64,000 nt of DNA, taken from positions 105,598,540 through 105,662,539 of the forward strand of contig NC_052158.1 in assembly GCF_902713615.1 (NCBI RefSeq), in the 5' to 3' direction. Source of the stretch: Scyliorhinus canicula. Its lineage: Eukaryota. A program made the position numbers and the translations under genes. Position 1 is the first letter of the stretch. Each line of letters starts with the position of its first letter. The notes under the pieces were generated by a model. It searched no databases. It saw only the letters and a program-made list of their open reading frames with translations, and was not told where the DNA came from. This document shows, one piece after another, positions 49,625 through 63,623 of the stretch.

Positions 49625-50715
49625 GGTAGAGTCGTAATTTTAGGCTGCTGATGGCTGTTCCTGGCGGTGGAATCTTCCAGTCACCCGAGCCCAGAGACTG
49701 GAAATTCCTGCCCGAAGTCAATGAACCTTGAAATAGACTGCCAAATTTTCTGTCCCATCTGCGACAATTCCCCGGTGGGTAGGACCGGAAGATTTACCCC
49801 TGAGTGTGCATCCTCCTCCCCCCCCCCCCCCCCCCACCACCACCACCATGGGAATAACAGGTCACCCCCCCCCACACACAAAATGCATGCATGAGGGTAA
49901 CCCGATGCTCCGCTCATCGTCTCCCCATTGGACCCCTCATCAGAGGCACCCATCAGGGCCTCAACAGTTACCCCAACAGAGACCCCCAACATCAGACTTC
50001 CCATGAGACCCCCAGAAGCAGCTAAGTGTTTGACTTCCTGTTTATCACAGCAGGAAGCACTTAGCTGCTGTTGATGTGGTGCAGTGCTGTCAATCATAGC
50101 AAGAGTGTTTAGAAACATTGTGGTTAACATCAAAGCAGGTTAATGGGATGCATACAAGAGAAGGGAAAAATGCAATGTAAAATCCACCAAGCAGCTGTCC
50201 CTGGAGTAATAAAGCTGTTAATCATTGCCTAATGCAGGATTTGCTGTGTGCAATTGAATGAGAGATCTGAATTTCAAGGACTGTCAAGGGGTTTTAAGCC
50301 CTTTGAAGTGAACTGGGTTTTTGAGGAAGTCTCTGACACTTCTAACATCTGCTGCTTTGAACACTTCTGTCTGAGGCACCAGATGTTAGGAAAGGGTCAG
50401 TGACAATGTGGTGATTTTTCAACTCATTGCCTGCACTTCTCTTCAGGCTAGGGCTTCTGTTGGGGATCTGAGTGGGGAGGGGGGGGGGGGGGGGGGCTGG
50501 GGGGAAGGGGGGAGGGGGGGAGACTCTGTTGGGGGTCTAATGGGGGTCTCTGTTGTGGGTTTAATGACGCATTTGCATCTTCCCATCAATGCCCTCCTAC
50601 CATTGCAGGGCATGTAGATCGCTGCCGCCACTATTGGGAGACTGGAATATCGGAATGGGATCAGAGCCCAGAATTCGATTCTCTGATGGATCAGGAACCC
50701 TGGTTCTGGTGACGG
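49625..50715. mobile_element. Non-autonomous DNA-transposon (MITE-like) material
   Basis: C-rich left arm (ccccaacagagacccccaa) and G-rich right arm (gggggtctctgttg) are roughly inverted; family not identified. Confidence 0.45.
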
Positions 50716-50769
50716 GCAGCGGAACATCTACCCCCATATGTCTAGTCTGGAGCAGGTCCTGATAATGCT

Positions 50770-51360
50770 TCTGATATGTGGGTGCCCACCTTAAACATGG
50801 AAAATGTACATCGCAGGCTGCAGAAGTGATGTATTTAGGTTCCAGAGTAGACGGAGCCAGTTGAGGAGGAGGTTAAGGCCATTTATGATGTTCCAGCTCT
50901 AAAGAACGTTACCGAACTAAAGCCTTTCCTCAGCATGATAAATTATTGTGGTCAATTAATTCCGAATCTGGTCACAATATTGGCTCCACTGCATAAACTC
51001 CTGAAGAAAGACCAATGGTGACAGTGGAGGGAGCCACAGGAAAAAGCCTTCAATTTGGTACAGTCCTCAAACCTTTCAGTCCATTTTGACTCTGAAAAAC
51101 TGATTTATCCTCGCATTTGATGCGCCATCTTACGGGATTGGAGCAGTGTTGGCCCACAAGAAGGAGGAGGGTTTGGAGGGTTTTGCTTCGAGGACATTCA
51201 TGGGAGTGGAGTGACATTATATTCAGATTGAAAAGGAGGGGCTCATAGTAACATACGGTGTGAAAATATTTCACCAATACATCTAAGGATGCTGGTTTGT
51301 TATAATCACTGACCTCAAGCAACTCTTGGGCATCTTGACAGAGGATAAACCAATTCCAAA
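50770..51360 (+). mobile_element. Gypsy RT/RNase H remnant
   Basis: KNVTELKPFLSMINY, DAPSYGIGAVL, YIQIEKEGL, IITDLKQL-like motifs. Confidence 0.75.
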
Positions 51361-51862
51361 GGGCTTATCACCTCCACTGGTGTCCCAGGAGTAAACAAGT
51401 GTGATTTATCGGCCTTGTCGTGCCTGAGTTGGTGTTGAGATGAGACCATTGAATCTTGCGAGACGTCGCGATCTGGGCTGCACCCTCACTGGACGTGATC
51501 CAGATCAACATATTTAAATGAGTCATTAAGCATTAGGCAATGATTAACAAGTGATCCTACTGCGGGGACAACACCTGTTGAAATTTTGCCTGCTCAAGGC
51601 AATTCAACTACCTCCCAGACTGCTCAGCCAGCAGTATTGTTGAGGAGATCTGGTCTAACTAGGAAGACCCTGGACCAATGGACTTTTTGATGCACCGACT
51701 GTCTCTCCCTCCTGAGATTTTTCACGCCGTATAGAATGTTTCAAATTTTAACATGGATTATGTTGTAAGGGACCTAAGGGGGGACGGATGTGGTAGCGTG
51801 GCTCCTTTAAGGGGGCAGTTCGGCGGACATTGTGAATGGTCCGGGGCCAATCGCGCAGAATT

Positions 51863-52219
51863 TGGCAGCAGGGTAGCATGGTGGTTAGCATAAATGCTTC
51901 ACAGCTCCAGGGTCCCAGGTTCGATTCCCGGCTGGGTCACTGTCTGTGTGGAGTCTGCACGTCCTCCCCCTGTGTGCGTGGGTTTCCTCCGGGTGCTCCG
52001 GTTTCCTCCCACAGTCCAAAGATGTGCGGGTTAGGTGGATTGGCCATGCTAAATTGCCCGTAGTGTCCTAATAAAAGTAAGGTTAAGGGGGGGGTTGTTG
52101 GGTTACGGGTATAGGGTGGATACGTGGGTTTGAGTAGGGTGATCATGGCTCGGCGCAACATTGAGGGCCGAAGGGCCTGTTCTGTGCTGTACTGTTCTAT
52201 GTTCTATGTTCTATGTTCT
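51863..52219 (+). mobile_element. HE1-like SINE, young full-length copy
   Basis: Intact A/B boxes and a (gttctat)n tail. Confidence 0.93.
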
Positions 52220-53256
52220 AAATGCGTGAACCTTGGCCAATAGTACGTCAGTGCGGGGCCCGGGGAGCTAGGGCTCAGGCAGTGAACACGGAGCTGGGAA
52301 GTTAACACCAGTATATTGTTGCTCGATGCCTGTATTATACTTGCCTTTTGCCTTCTACAGACCCTTTGGTTTACACTGGATGCCTCCAGCATATCTGTCT
52401 CGAGCCACTGCATATCCCCATTGTTTAAGTTTCATCAACATTTAAGGTGTATTCTTCATAAATTCAATGCTATGAAAACTCCTCCTTATTGCTTTTATTT
52501 TACATTAACCATATGATTAAGCACATTTCATTTTCATTTATGAACCAAATGGAAACCAGATGTTCAGCCAATTTAATTTGTGCTGCCAGGTGCTTGAGAT
52601 TGGAGGATTTAATACTTTTTTCGAAAACACTGTTATTTGGGGAATTGATGCCTACAATATTTGTGGTTAATTTTTGTAGTTACTTCAGACTCCAATATTT
52701 TAGTCTACAGATTACTGATTTCCAGTTATTATCTTGTCATGTACAGCACATGTAAATGGCACAGGAAGGTCACGGTACAAGAAACTTTCAGTAATTATAT
52801 CATTAAATATTTGATTTAAAAGATGCCCACTACAGCTCTGAGTTAACAATGTCATTAATATCTCTCAAAAGTTGCTAATATTTAATCATTGTTTCAAAAA
52901 GCATGTATTTTATATTTCAAAGTTGTTTCTTTCTTGCCACAGTTTTCATTTTCACTCCCAAGTTTCTGTTTAGCCTTTTAATTCTTGCACTTCACATCTC
53001 AGTAACCCTTACATCTTCTCATGTGATTTCCATGTTCATTGTAGCAGACGCTGATGGTATATATATCTGTTGAAGTAATTTTTTTTTACAAAATCCTGCT
53101 TTAATTACAGGTAGATGGTGTGTCTGCAAAAGGTGCAATCAAGATGTTGTAAAAGTGAGATAATTATTCAATTCAACCATGTACTTGTTTACAAAGAGAA
53201 GCCTAATGAAATTTTATTCTGATTGCTGGAGATTCCCTGGAGAATAAATTTGAGAC

Positions 53257-53432
53257 ATGGGGCTGGATTCTCTGCCCAGCCGCGCCACATTTCTGTTTCA
53301 CCCTGCTGGCGGGATGCTCCATTATGCCGGTTGGTCAATGGGGTTACCCATTGTGGGGCAGCCCCACAACGTCGGGTAACCCCCGGGCTGCCGGCGAAAC
53401 AGAGTATCCCACCGGCGGAGAATCCAGCTCAT
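53257..53432. mobile_element. 176-bp MITE
   Basis: TIRs atggggctggattctc ... gagaatccagctcat, with internal inverted ggggttaccc/gggtaacccc. Confidence 0.75.
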
Positions 53433-53886
53433 TGTGTTTAGTCTTAGGTAAGCATGTCATGGGATCTGAGTGGGATAACAGTGGTGTAATCAATGGGAAG
53501 AGCCAGGGCTGTCTGTAGGTTTGCAGTTTATTATAGGTTTGACAATCTGCTAAGAGTTATGAAGTTCTAAATGCTGTCAGGGTGAGCAGGAGTCTGATCG
53601 AGACAGACGGATTTACAGGCTGTTCCTGAAAGTTCTCTCTCTGCTTGACTGAAAGGAAATCTCTACAGAATATCCCTACATAGTATCCCTGTGTTTGCAA
53701 ACTTTATTTACCAGTAGCCTTTGACCTGCAATGGGCTTTGATTAACTGGAGATAGAGAGAATAAGTTAGCAGCTAAAGTGTTTCTTTTTACTTTAAGATT
53801 TGTTTAACTGTTAATTGAAAAGTTATTTTCTGAGATGTAGTTACACATGCATTAACAATAATGTTTGATTTAATATAAAAGATTAT

Positions 53887-55662
53887 GGGCAGCACAGTGG
53901 TTAGCACTGCTACCTCACAGCACCAGGGCCGTGGGTTCAAGTCCGGCCTTGGGTAACTGACTGTCTGGAGTTTGCACTTCCATCCAGTGTCTGCGTGGAT
54001 TTCCTCGGGGTGCTCTGGGTTCCTCCCACAGTCCAAATATGTGTGGTCGACATCTTGCCCTTTCCTGTGCAAAGATATGCAGTTTAGGTAGGGTAACGGG
54101 GTTAGGATGGGGGAGGGAGGCTAGTTATGATGGTTTTTCAGAGGGTTGGTACAGACTTGATGGGCTGAATGGCCTCCTTCTTCACTGCAGAAATTCTATG
54201 GATTCTATCGCTTCTTGTCAGTGGAATTCCTGGAGCGAAATGTCATTTCCTCACAGTTTACAAATTGAAAAATTGTTGGGGTTTCTCATCCGCTTTCCTA
54301 ATATAAATTTTGGCCTGATCTGTTCTGTAACACAGGCAACATGGCGGCAGTGTGGTTAGCACTGCTGCCTCACAGCTCCAGGGTCCCAAGTTCTATTCCA
54401 GCCTCGGGTGACTGCCTGTGTGGAGTTTGTACTTTCTCCACGTGTCAGCGTGGGTTTCGTCCGGGTGCCCCGGTTTCCTCCCAAAATCCAAAGATGTGCA
54501 GGTTAGGTGGGGTGGTCATGCTAAATTGCCCCTTAATGTCCAAAAGGTTAGGTGGGGTTACTGAGTTATGGTACAGGGTGGAGGCATAGGCTTAAGTGGG
54601 GTGTTCTTTCCAAGGGCCGGTGCAGACCTGTTGGGCCAAATGACCTCCTTCTGCACTGTAAATTCTATGATTCTATCATTTAATGGATTTTAATCACTAA
54701 TCTTCGATGACCTTACCAATAAAAAACATAATTTTTTTGTCCTAAATTTTTGAATTAACTCAGCAACCACAGCTTTATGGGTGAGCAAGTTGTAGCTTCC
54801 CACTACCTTTCATGTGAAAAGTGCTTCCAATTTTTCTCCTGAAGGACAAGGGCAGCAGACACATGGGAGCTCCACCAGCTGGAGGTTTCCCTCCAAGCCA
54901 CGCATCATCCCAACTTGGAAATATATTGTTGTTCCTTCGCCGTCGCTGGGTCCCTAACAGCACAGTGGGTGTACCTACACCACATGGACTGCAGCCGTTC
55001 AAGAAGGCAGTGCACAACCACCATCTTCTCAAGGGCAATTAGGAATAGGTAATAAATACTGGCCTATTCAGCAAAGACCACAGCCCATTTTTTTAATGGC
55101 CTAGCTCTTTTTAAAAAAATTATGTCCCCTGTCCTGAATTCCCCCACCAGAGGGAATAGTTCCTCTGCATTTACCCTATTGAATTCCTTTATCATTTTAT
55201 GCACTTCTATGATCAACCCTCAACTTCCTGAACTCAACGACCACAACATAAAGTCATGCAATCTGTTCCCATAAATTAACTCTTTAAACCCTGGCATAAT
55301 TCTAGTTTGGGCAGCACGGTAGCATAGTGGTTAGCATAATTGCTTCACAGCTCCAGGGTCCCAGGTTCGATTCCCGGCTTGGGTCACTGTCTGTGAGGAG
55401 TCTGCATGTTCTCGTCATGTGTGCGTGGGTTTCCTCCGGGTGCTCCGGTTTCCTCCAACAGTCCAAAGATGTGCAGGTTAGGTGGATTGGCCATGCTAAA
55501 TTGCCCTACGTGTCCAAAATTGCCCTTCGTGTTGGGTGGGGTTACTGGGTTCTGCGGTTATGGGGATAGGATGGAGGTGTGGGCTTGGGTAGGGTGCTCT
55601 TTCCAAGAGCCGGTGCAGACTTGATGGGCCGAATGGCCTCCTTCTGCACTGCAAATTCTATA
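53887..55662 (+). mobile_element. Three HE1-like SINEs (53887-54208, 54334-54676, 55309-55662) with LINE fragments between them
   Basis: Each has head, core and ctgcactgtaaattctat-type tail. Confidence 0.85.
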
Positions 55663-57624
55663 TATCTAGTGATTCTGCACTGTACCCTTCCAACTGGTGC
55701 CTGTATTTCTCACAAATCGATGTATAAAATCATCCCAGAGCACTCTTATAATAATTAGCTTGAGAGCTGCATTTGAAGATGCTTATGAACCAACACTGTA
55801 CTCTCGGCTAGGAAACATTACTCACACTGAAAAAATGGATAGAAAACAAAATGAAAGGTTTGCACATTTCACATATGATACCTGAAAGCCATTTTCTTCA
55901 ACCATAAATATTAAAAAATATATATATTTGTTAGTGCCTCATTAACCTTCATTGGTAACGTGAATTATTAATCATATTTGTCTGCCTGAAAAATACAATA
56001 TGATATATGTTGTACTACAAAACAAGAATTGTATCAACTGAAGATTATCACTTTAAAACAGTTAAAACTTTGAGGTTAACATTTGTGTTCATTATTCCTT
56101 ATGACAGTCATAATATCCAAGGATTTATCTGTACCTATCCTACTGGAAACCATTTAAATGTGGCACTGATCTGTATGTTAGGAGATCTGTAGTGAATCTG
56201 TCTCGAAAGAAGAAAAACAATGAAACCCAAATTCCAGAAGACTGAAGAATCAATAAGGGTTAGAAAGACTGGACATGGGATCAGGAAAGGAAAGACTTTG
56301 GTGCAGATGCTCCTTTAGTGGTAAAATTGCACCGGTATACGGTAAATCGCAATCAGCACAACAGCATGCAGATTGTGAATGACTCCACAATAGCCATAAT
56401 GCAATGAAAGGTGCTATGCAAGTTCTCCAATAACTACAATGATCTTGGGTTCTCAGAAAAGATCTTTTACACTAGTCCATGTTGTGGTTTTTAATCTTTC
56501 CCACAAAATAATAGGAGGAGTCACAAGGACAAAACGACTGTTGAGAGAACACAGCTTCAGAGAAGGATCTCCGGAGCTGCCTCTGCCCAAGTAAGAAATC
56601 AGGTGAAATTTATACAGTGCCGGTCACATAGGCAGGAATATTATTTACATTTGATCATATCTGTTTCAAACTTTACAAGTTACATATGTGCACCCAAGCA
56701 CTTACCTACTTTTATCTACTCTCCATCCTTCTATGGATTCCTCCCAACCTCCCAACTTGATGCCAGACCAAATAGATGGTTTGTGGTGCTCATGGAGTAC
56801 TGCAACCTCTTCCTGTTCACTTCTGGTTTGGGTAGCATCCCACATACTTTCCTCCTATTTGCTATCGGCTTCTCCCAGGGTGTCTGTATCTATGTCTTTG
56901 TTTTGTAGTGTTTGTGGTATACAGCATGTTGCAAACGACAAGATTTCTCTGCATTCCTGACATACCTGTGGAAAATTAAGAAGAACAATATGCTAATGAC
57001 GTCTATTTGATAACTTTATGGGGTACAGTGCCTTATAATTTTGAGATTCGATTGTCAGAGATTAAAGGGTGTCCAAATTGTTTCACTGGGAAAAAAAATG
57101 TAAGGTGTTTACACTTAAAGACTGGATTGATTGAGAGTCTCCAAAGTCACAGGGGTGTATGGAGAATGATGGGTTGTAAATAGTTGTGCTTTAAACTGTC
57201 CATTTAAAAGGTAAAAGAGAGTTGGGGTCTCAAGCTTTGCGAGTCAGAATTTCTACCTGAATACAAGACCCTTATTGCGATCAGATGGACTTTGAGATGG
57301 AAAATGTTTCTACAATATTCCTGAAGTCTCACAAATACCGTCTGCCAGGATCCAGGAGAGAGAGGAAGAAGGTAGCTAGAGCCAGGAACGTGGGTGAAAA
57401 TCCATGCTCAGATTGGAAGGACAGAGGTCATGAGAAGTCAAAAACAAGGCTGGAAGATTTGTCTACCTTGCATTAGATGCGAAGTCTCCAGGGAGAAACA
57501 TTACTGTGATAGTTCTGAGATTACAAGTTACCAGGCTGAGAAAGGAAAAGAAAAGAAGTAAACCCTCAAGAGCTAAAAATAACCTTGGACTGATTCCAGA
57601 TGCATTGAATGTCGACATTTTAAA

Positions 57625-59035
57625 TTTAATTTACGGGACATGGGCAAAGCTGGTTGGCCTGCATTTATTGCCATTCCGAGTTGCCCTTCAGAAGGTGGTG
57701 GCGAGTTGCCTTCTTCAACCACTGCAGTCATTGAGGTGTAGGTACACCCACTGTGCTGTTAGGGAGGAAGTTCCAACGTTTTGCCCCAGCAACAGTGAAT
57801 GAATGGTAATATATTTCCAAGTCAGGGTGGTGAATGACTTGGAGGTGAACCTCCAGATGGTGAGGTTCCCAGGTATCTGTTGCTCTTGACCTTCTAGATG
57901 GCTGCGGTCATGGGTTTGGAAGGTGTTGTCGAAGGAACCTTGGTGAGTTACTGTAATGCATCTTGTAGATGGTACACAAGGCTGCCACTGTTCGTCGGTG
58001 GTGGAGAGCTTGAATGCTTTGTCCTGGATGGTGTCAAGCTTCTAGAATGTTGTTAGAGCTGCACTCATCCAGGTAAGTGGAGAGTATTCCATTACACTCC
58101 TGACTTGTGCCTTGTAGATGGATAGGCTTTGGGGGTCATGAGGTGAGTTATGCGCCGTTGGACTCCTGGCCTCTGACCTGCCCTGGTCGCCACAGTATTA
58201 ATGTGGCTAGTCCAGTTCAGTTTCTGCTTAATGGTTATCGCCAGGATGTTGATTATGGGGGATTCAGCGTTGGTAATGCCATAGAATGTCAATGGGCAAT
58301 TTTCCATATTGCCAGGTAAATCCCAGTGTTATAGCTGTACTGTAACGGCTTGGCTAGGGGCGCGGCAAGTTCTGGAACACAAGTCTTATGGCTGGAATAT
58401 TGTCAGAATGCATAGCCTTTGCAGTATCTAATGCCTTCAGCCAGGTCTTCATAACACGTAGAGTGAATCGTCTTGACTGAAGACTGGCATCTGTGATCCT
58501 GGGTACCTCCGGAGGAGATTGAGATTGATCATCCACTCGGCACTTCTGGCTGAATATTGTTGCGAATGCCTCAGCCTTATCTTTTGCATATGTGCTGTTC
58601 TTCGCCCACATTGAAGATATGTGTGGAGCCTCCTCCTCCAGTGAGTTGTTTAATTGTCCACCACCATTCACGGCTGGATGTGGCAGGACTGCAGAGCTTA
58701 GATCTGGTGGGGTTGTTGTGGAATCACTGCGCTCTGTCTCTTGCTTGCTGCTTATGCTGTTTGGCACACAAGTAGTCCTGTGTTGTAGCTTCACCAGGTT
58801 GACACCTAATTTTTCAGTATGCCTGATGTTGCTCCTGGCATGCTCTCCTGCACTCTTCATTGAAAGAGGGTTGATCTCCTGGCTTGGTGGTAATGGTAGA
58901 GTGGGGGATATGCCGGGCCATGAGGTTTCAGATTCTGGTTGAATACATTCTGCTGCTGCTGATGACCTGTCGCGTCTCGTGGATGCCCAGTCTTGAGTTG
59001 CTAGATCTGTTCTAAGTCTATCCCATTTAGCACGG
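57625..59035 (-). mobile_element. Family-2 LINE, internally deleted, probably inserted in an LTR-like element (~56960-59272)
   Basis: KAEAFATIFSQKC..KALDTAKA and NWTSHINTVATRAGQ; the RT core is missing at the ~58300 junction. Confidence 0.78.
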
Positions 59036-60802
59036 TAGACACTTGAAGGACATTGTTAACTGTGTTTTGAATTGTATGAAAAGAAAAAAAGGAATGTTCA
59101 GTTTTTATTTAAAGTAAAAGTTGTCTACATAGAGTGCTTAGTCAATGGTGCTTTTAGCAGTTTGTTACAGTAAAAGTTTTAAAACATAAAGTCTTGTGTG
59201 TCATCCTTTCAACTATTAACTCAAAGATTGAATTTCTTTTCAAACGTTATTTGCCTCCGTGGTGATCATAACAAATAAATGACATGGAATTGTGCTTTAT
59301 TGCCATAAGTGAATGAATAGGATGGGGAAAACAGGTCAATTTTGAAATAAAACTGAACTAACAAGATGCCTCCAATTTCATAGTCCATGTTTGCTCAACA
59401 GTTTTTCTGCTCTGGGTCTGATATGTTGGAAATTCAGGAAGAGAATGGAGGTTGGGAAGATTCTTTTCTCTTGTAGCTTCTTTCCCACTTGTTATGAGCA
59501 CATGATATTGTAAAAACCAGAGGAGGGATTGCCTAATTGATTTGCCTAAAGGACATGGAAGAAAATCCATCTATCAGTATGCTTCCCACAGGGAGTGTGA
59601 TGACAGGATCATGCATCATGCATGTACAGTACATAGAATGAACTAACAGGGTGAGTGGCAAGTGAGGATGTTAAGAAAGGTACGGTGAGTGAGAAGAGGA
59701 ATTGCTGCAAAATATGGACAGGTATGAAATGAGAAATTAACAAAGAGCTATGCGACTGTATGAATGAAAGGAGCCTACTCATGGCAGCAAATGTGATAGA
59801 GACCATTAAAATACAATGAGATCACTTTGCACATTTGATGAAGGCATAAACTTCCTGTAACACTCTAACCAGGTCCAGTGTACTTTGCTGTTTGTATTGA
59901 AGTGTGCTCCTACCTTCTCTCAAACATTATGGCTCACTTAGAAGACCACCTGGGAGAATTAACTATGCTGCATTTGATCTAATAATGTTTCTGTAACCCC
60001 ATCTGAAAAACAGGGCATTTTCCCCGCACTGATGACTGGTGGTTAATTTTCACAATTGCACTTGATTTCCCTGTGGCCTATTCGTAGAGGAAGAAATTAG
60101 ATTTGTTGCCGAATGAATATTGGAAAATCATTGTGACCAATATCCACAAACATTACTGCTGCGCAATTCAAAGGGCAGGAGTCTTCTCATTACTTGATTG
60201 GAGTTAAAGAGGGGTTATAAAATGTGAAGCCACTGGGTAGTACTGTAATAATCTTTACTGATTCGTAGATGTGAATTGAGATATAGGAAAATAAGATTTT
60301 TTTGTAGCTTACTATGAACTAAAATTAGAAAATTAACATGGTAAAGTACATTTTTTTAACTCTTATTTTCATCTTTCCCTGTGTCTGAGCTTAAGGCACA
60401 GCATACTTATATAACAGATGTTTCGAACATATTTAACATGTTTCATTATATTTAGAATTCTCTACTGAGTAACTGTGGATTGATAGCTACTTTAAACAAC
60501 AATAAAAGTTTAGATGTTCTTTGAATATGTTTTAGACCCCTCAGTAGAAGAGTATTTTGCTTGATAATCCATGTAGTATACTCGCTTTTTCCTGATGTAT
60601 CCATATTTTGCAAAAATATCACCTATGTAAAATAAATATACAAAGATCTAGGGAATTTCTGTACTCTGAGTATGCATGTCTCCTTGTCAATTTATCAATC
60701 TTCCCAACGTGAAAGGAGTTTCACAGGTACATAAGGGTCAAGTGACATCTTAATCTTCATTTGGTGATAATGTGGGTTGGTATAATAATAAACAGACATT
60801 CC

Positions 60803-61025
60803 TATTGTAGTGTTTATTCTGTAACTTATTGTAGTGTTTATTCTGTAACTTTATAGTGTGTTAATTTGCGTTGTTGTTAAAATGCTGGGTTGTTCATGGG
60901 GATGGGGCGAATGTATATGATTGTTAATATTATTGTTATTTTCGGTATTTTACTAAGGTGCGTTATTGTTGTATAAAATCAAAATTTCTCAATAAAAATT
61001 ATTTAAAAATAAAAAAAATAAAAAA
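60803..61025 (+). mobile_element. Short poly(A) retro-insertion (L1-type 3' end) with 16-bp TSD
   Basis: TSD AATAAACAGACATTCC at 60787-60802 and 61026-61041; AATAAA plus A-rich tail. Confidence 0.85.
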
Positions 61026-62194
61026 AATAAACAGACATTCCCTTCACAGCATAAGCATTTTCTTCATGTCTAATTGACCGAAAAAACTTTCAGTTATTTG
61101 TTAGCTCAGACGTTTTGTAGTCCAGATTTGTTTCTAGAATGGAGGATGCACTATATATAGACTGTCGGCTTCAAAACAGATTTACAAAGCCAACCATCTG
61201 GGAAAAGAATGTACCAGCTGATAAGGAAATAGGTGAGAATGTTTAATTCTTTAATGAAATGGAAGGCTTATGTCAGCTCATTAATTTTTACCTATGTAGG
61301 ATTGTTTATCCTTACCTTTCTTCTGATTATAATGATTTGGCTGACAAATGTGCTGAAGGTCATATACGCTGTAGTTTCAGGCCTTAAACAGAGGGACAGT
61401 TGGCAGACTAGCTGAATGTGTGCCCCTGGGACAATAATGCTGTCAGCTACAGTTACAGAAGAGGATCATCCAGTGCCTCTGAGATTTGATAACTATCAAT
61501 CTATTCAGTTTGTGACTACAGTTTATTAGATGAAGAATGTTTTGCTTGTACTGCCTTATTGTATGTCTGTTGTATTGAGGTAAATAATTCCTGTATAATC
61601 TCCTGCATAGTAAATAATGTGTTGCTTGTTCTACCATATGAATGTTATTACGATAGAATGTAATTTTGAAATAAAGCCTGGTTTTAGGTGAAACTTGTGT
61701 TTCATTAAGTGTTGTCCTTGAAAGCTCCAAACCAAAATGTAGGGAGGCTTTTGAATTAATCTAACAATTCACATGGGAACCTTGTAACCTCCCCTCTGAA
61801 AAGGTTCAGCTGCAAGCATGCAAACTTCCCACTGACCTGAAAAATAAGAATGATGGATCCCAATTGGAAAAGCACTGGGGCATAGCTCCAATGTATTCAT
61901 AGATAGTCTTGCTTGGAATACTTTGTAATTCCTTCACCAAGTGTGAGTCCAAAGCAATTAAAATGTTGCAATGATTATACTTTTTGTCACTTGCCTTTAT
62001 GAAGAAACTAAGTATTTAATCCCTTTGTTATATGGTAGTGATTCAGGCCTGAATTTTCGCAATCTTGGGAGAGCCTCTCCAGCGTGAAAGTGGCAGAAGA
62101 AGCAAAATACAAGTCTCGCCCCATACATGACATTTATTGATTTTTCAGGAGTGGAAATTGAGACAGGTTGGGATTTACACATAGACCTTTCAAG

Positions 62195-62506
62195 CGGCAC
62201 TGCAGCACAGTGGTTAACACTGTTGCTTCAGAGCAGCGGGGACCTGGGTTCGATTCCCGGCTTAGGTCACTGATTATATGGGTCTGCACGTTCTCCCTGT
62301 GTCTGTGTGGGTTTCTTCCGGGCGCTCCGGTTTCCTCCCACAAATCCCAAAAGATGCGCTGATAGGTTAATTGAACATTCTGAATTCTTCCACAGTATCC
62401 CCGAACGGGCGCCGGAATGTGGCAACTAGGGGATTTTCACAGTAACTTAATTGCAGTGTTAGTGTAAGCCTATTTGTGACAGTAATAAAGATCATTATTA
62501 TTATTA
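62195..62506 (+). mobile_element. SINE with (att)n tail
   Basis: Head and core, then gtaagcctatttgtgacagtaataaagatcattattatt. Confidence 0.88.
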
Positions 62507-63315
62507 GGAGGCAGCTGCCCATAAAACATCAGCTGTCTCCAGCCCTGTCTGTTTTTCATTAGTCAAGAGTGGGAAACGGGATGTTAGAAGATTAGACCTG
62601 TAAGGAGCAGGTCTAAACTTTGTGAAGTCCTTTGGAGAGAAGAGGTAACCTTCTTGGCATGGTTCTGTGGAACTTTTGGGGGGTGATCAGGTGCCCTTTG
62701 GAATTAGGGCCTGAATTTTCAGCTGGTCAGGTGAATGCGATCGCTTGGACTGGAAGCGGTATCAAAACCCGTTACCGTATACAATCACCACCAGAGAGCA
62801 ATTACATGCCAGCTGGCAAATTTATAGCCAGCCAGCACAGAACCCATGTTGCAAGAGGTATGGCCAGGTGTCCAGGAAGAAGGCAGGCACCTGAATGTGT
62901 GGAGCTGTGGGCGGGAGGTTTAAAAGCAGCTGCACAGAGGAACTGTGGGAGAGAGCTTTTGGCAACTTTAAAGAGGCAGTGATAACTGAGGTCAGAAAAT
63001 GAGAAGAAAAGTGTGCCCGGGGATAGCAATGACATCAGGAGCTGGAGGCCATGCCAAATTGAAATGGCCGAAGCTAATCAGCCCCTGTGTTTTGGATGGC
63101 TGTCAGTGATCAACGAGTGATAGTGCTGTCACAAGGCAGTAAGAGGAGGCCTCCATGCCTAATAAGGAAGGCTCGGTTGGAGGTGCCATCTCTAGTCAGC
63201 GGCCATGGGGTAGTGTGAAGGAACTGGATGTAGTGTCGGAAGAGAGGCAATGACCTTCCCCACTCTACAAGCATGAGTACTGAGACCCCATCTAATCTTG
63301 AATGTTTGTGTGTGT

Positions 63316-63623
63316 GGCACAGTGGTTAGTAACACAGTGGTTAGTACTGTTGCTTCACAGCGCCAGGGTCCCAGGTTCGGTTCCCGGTTTGGGTCACTGT
63401 CTGTGCAAGTCTGCACGTTCTCCCTGTGTCTGAGTGCGTTTCCTCCGGGTGCTCCGGTTTCCTCCCACAAGTCCCCAAAGATGTACTGTTAGGTAATTTG
63501 GACATTCTGAATTCTCCCTCTGTGTACCCGAACAGGCGCCGGAATGTGGCGATCAGAGATTTTTCACAGTAACTTCATTGCAGTGCTAATGTAAGCCTAC
63601 GTGTGACAATAAAGATCATTATT
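63316..63623 (+). mobile_element. SINE with (att)n tail
   Basis: Same subfamily as 62195; duplicated acagtggttagta in the head. Confidence 0.88.
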
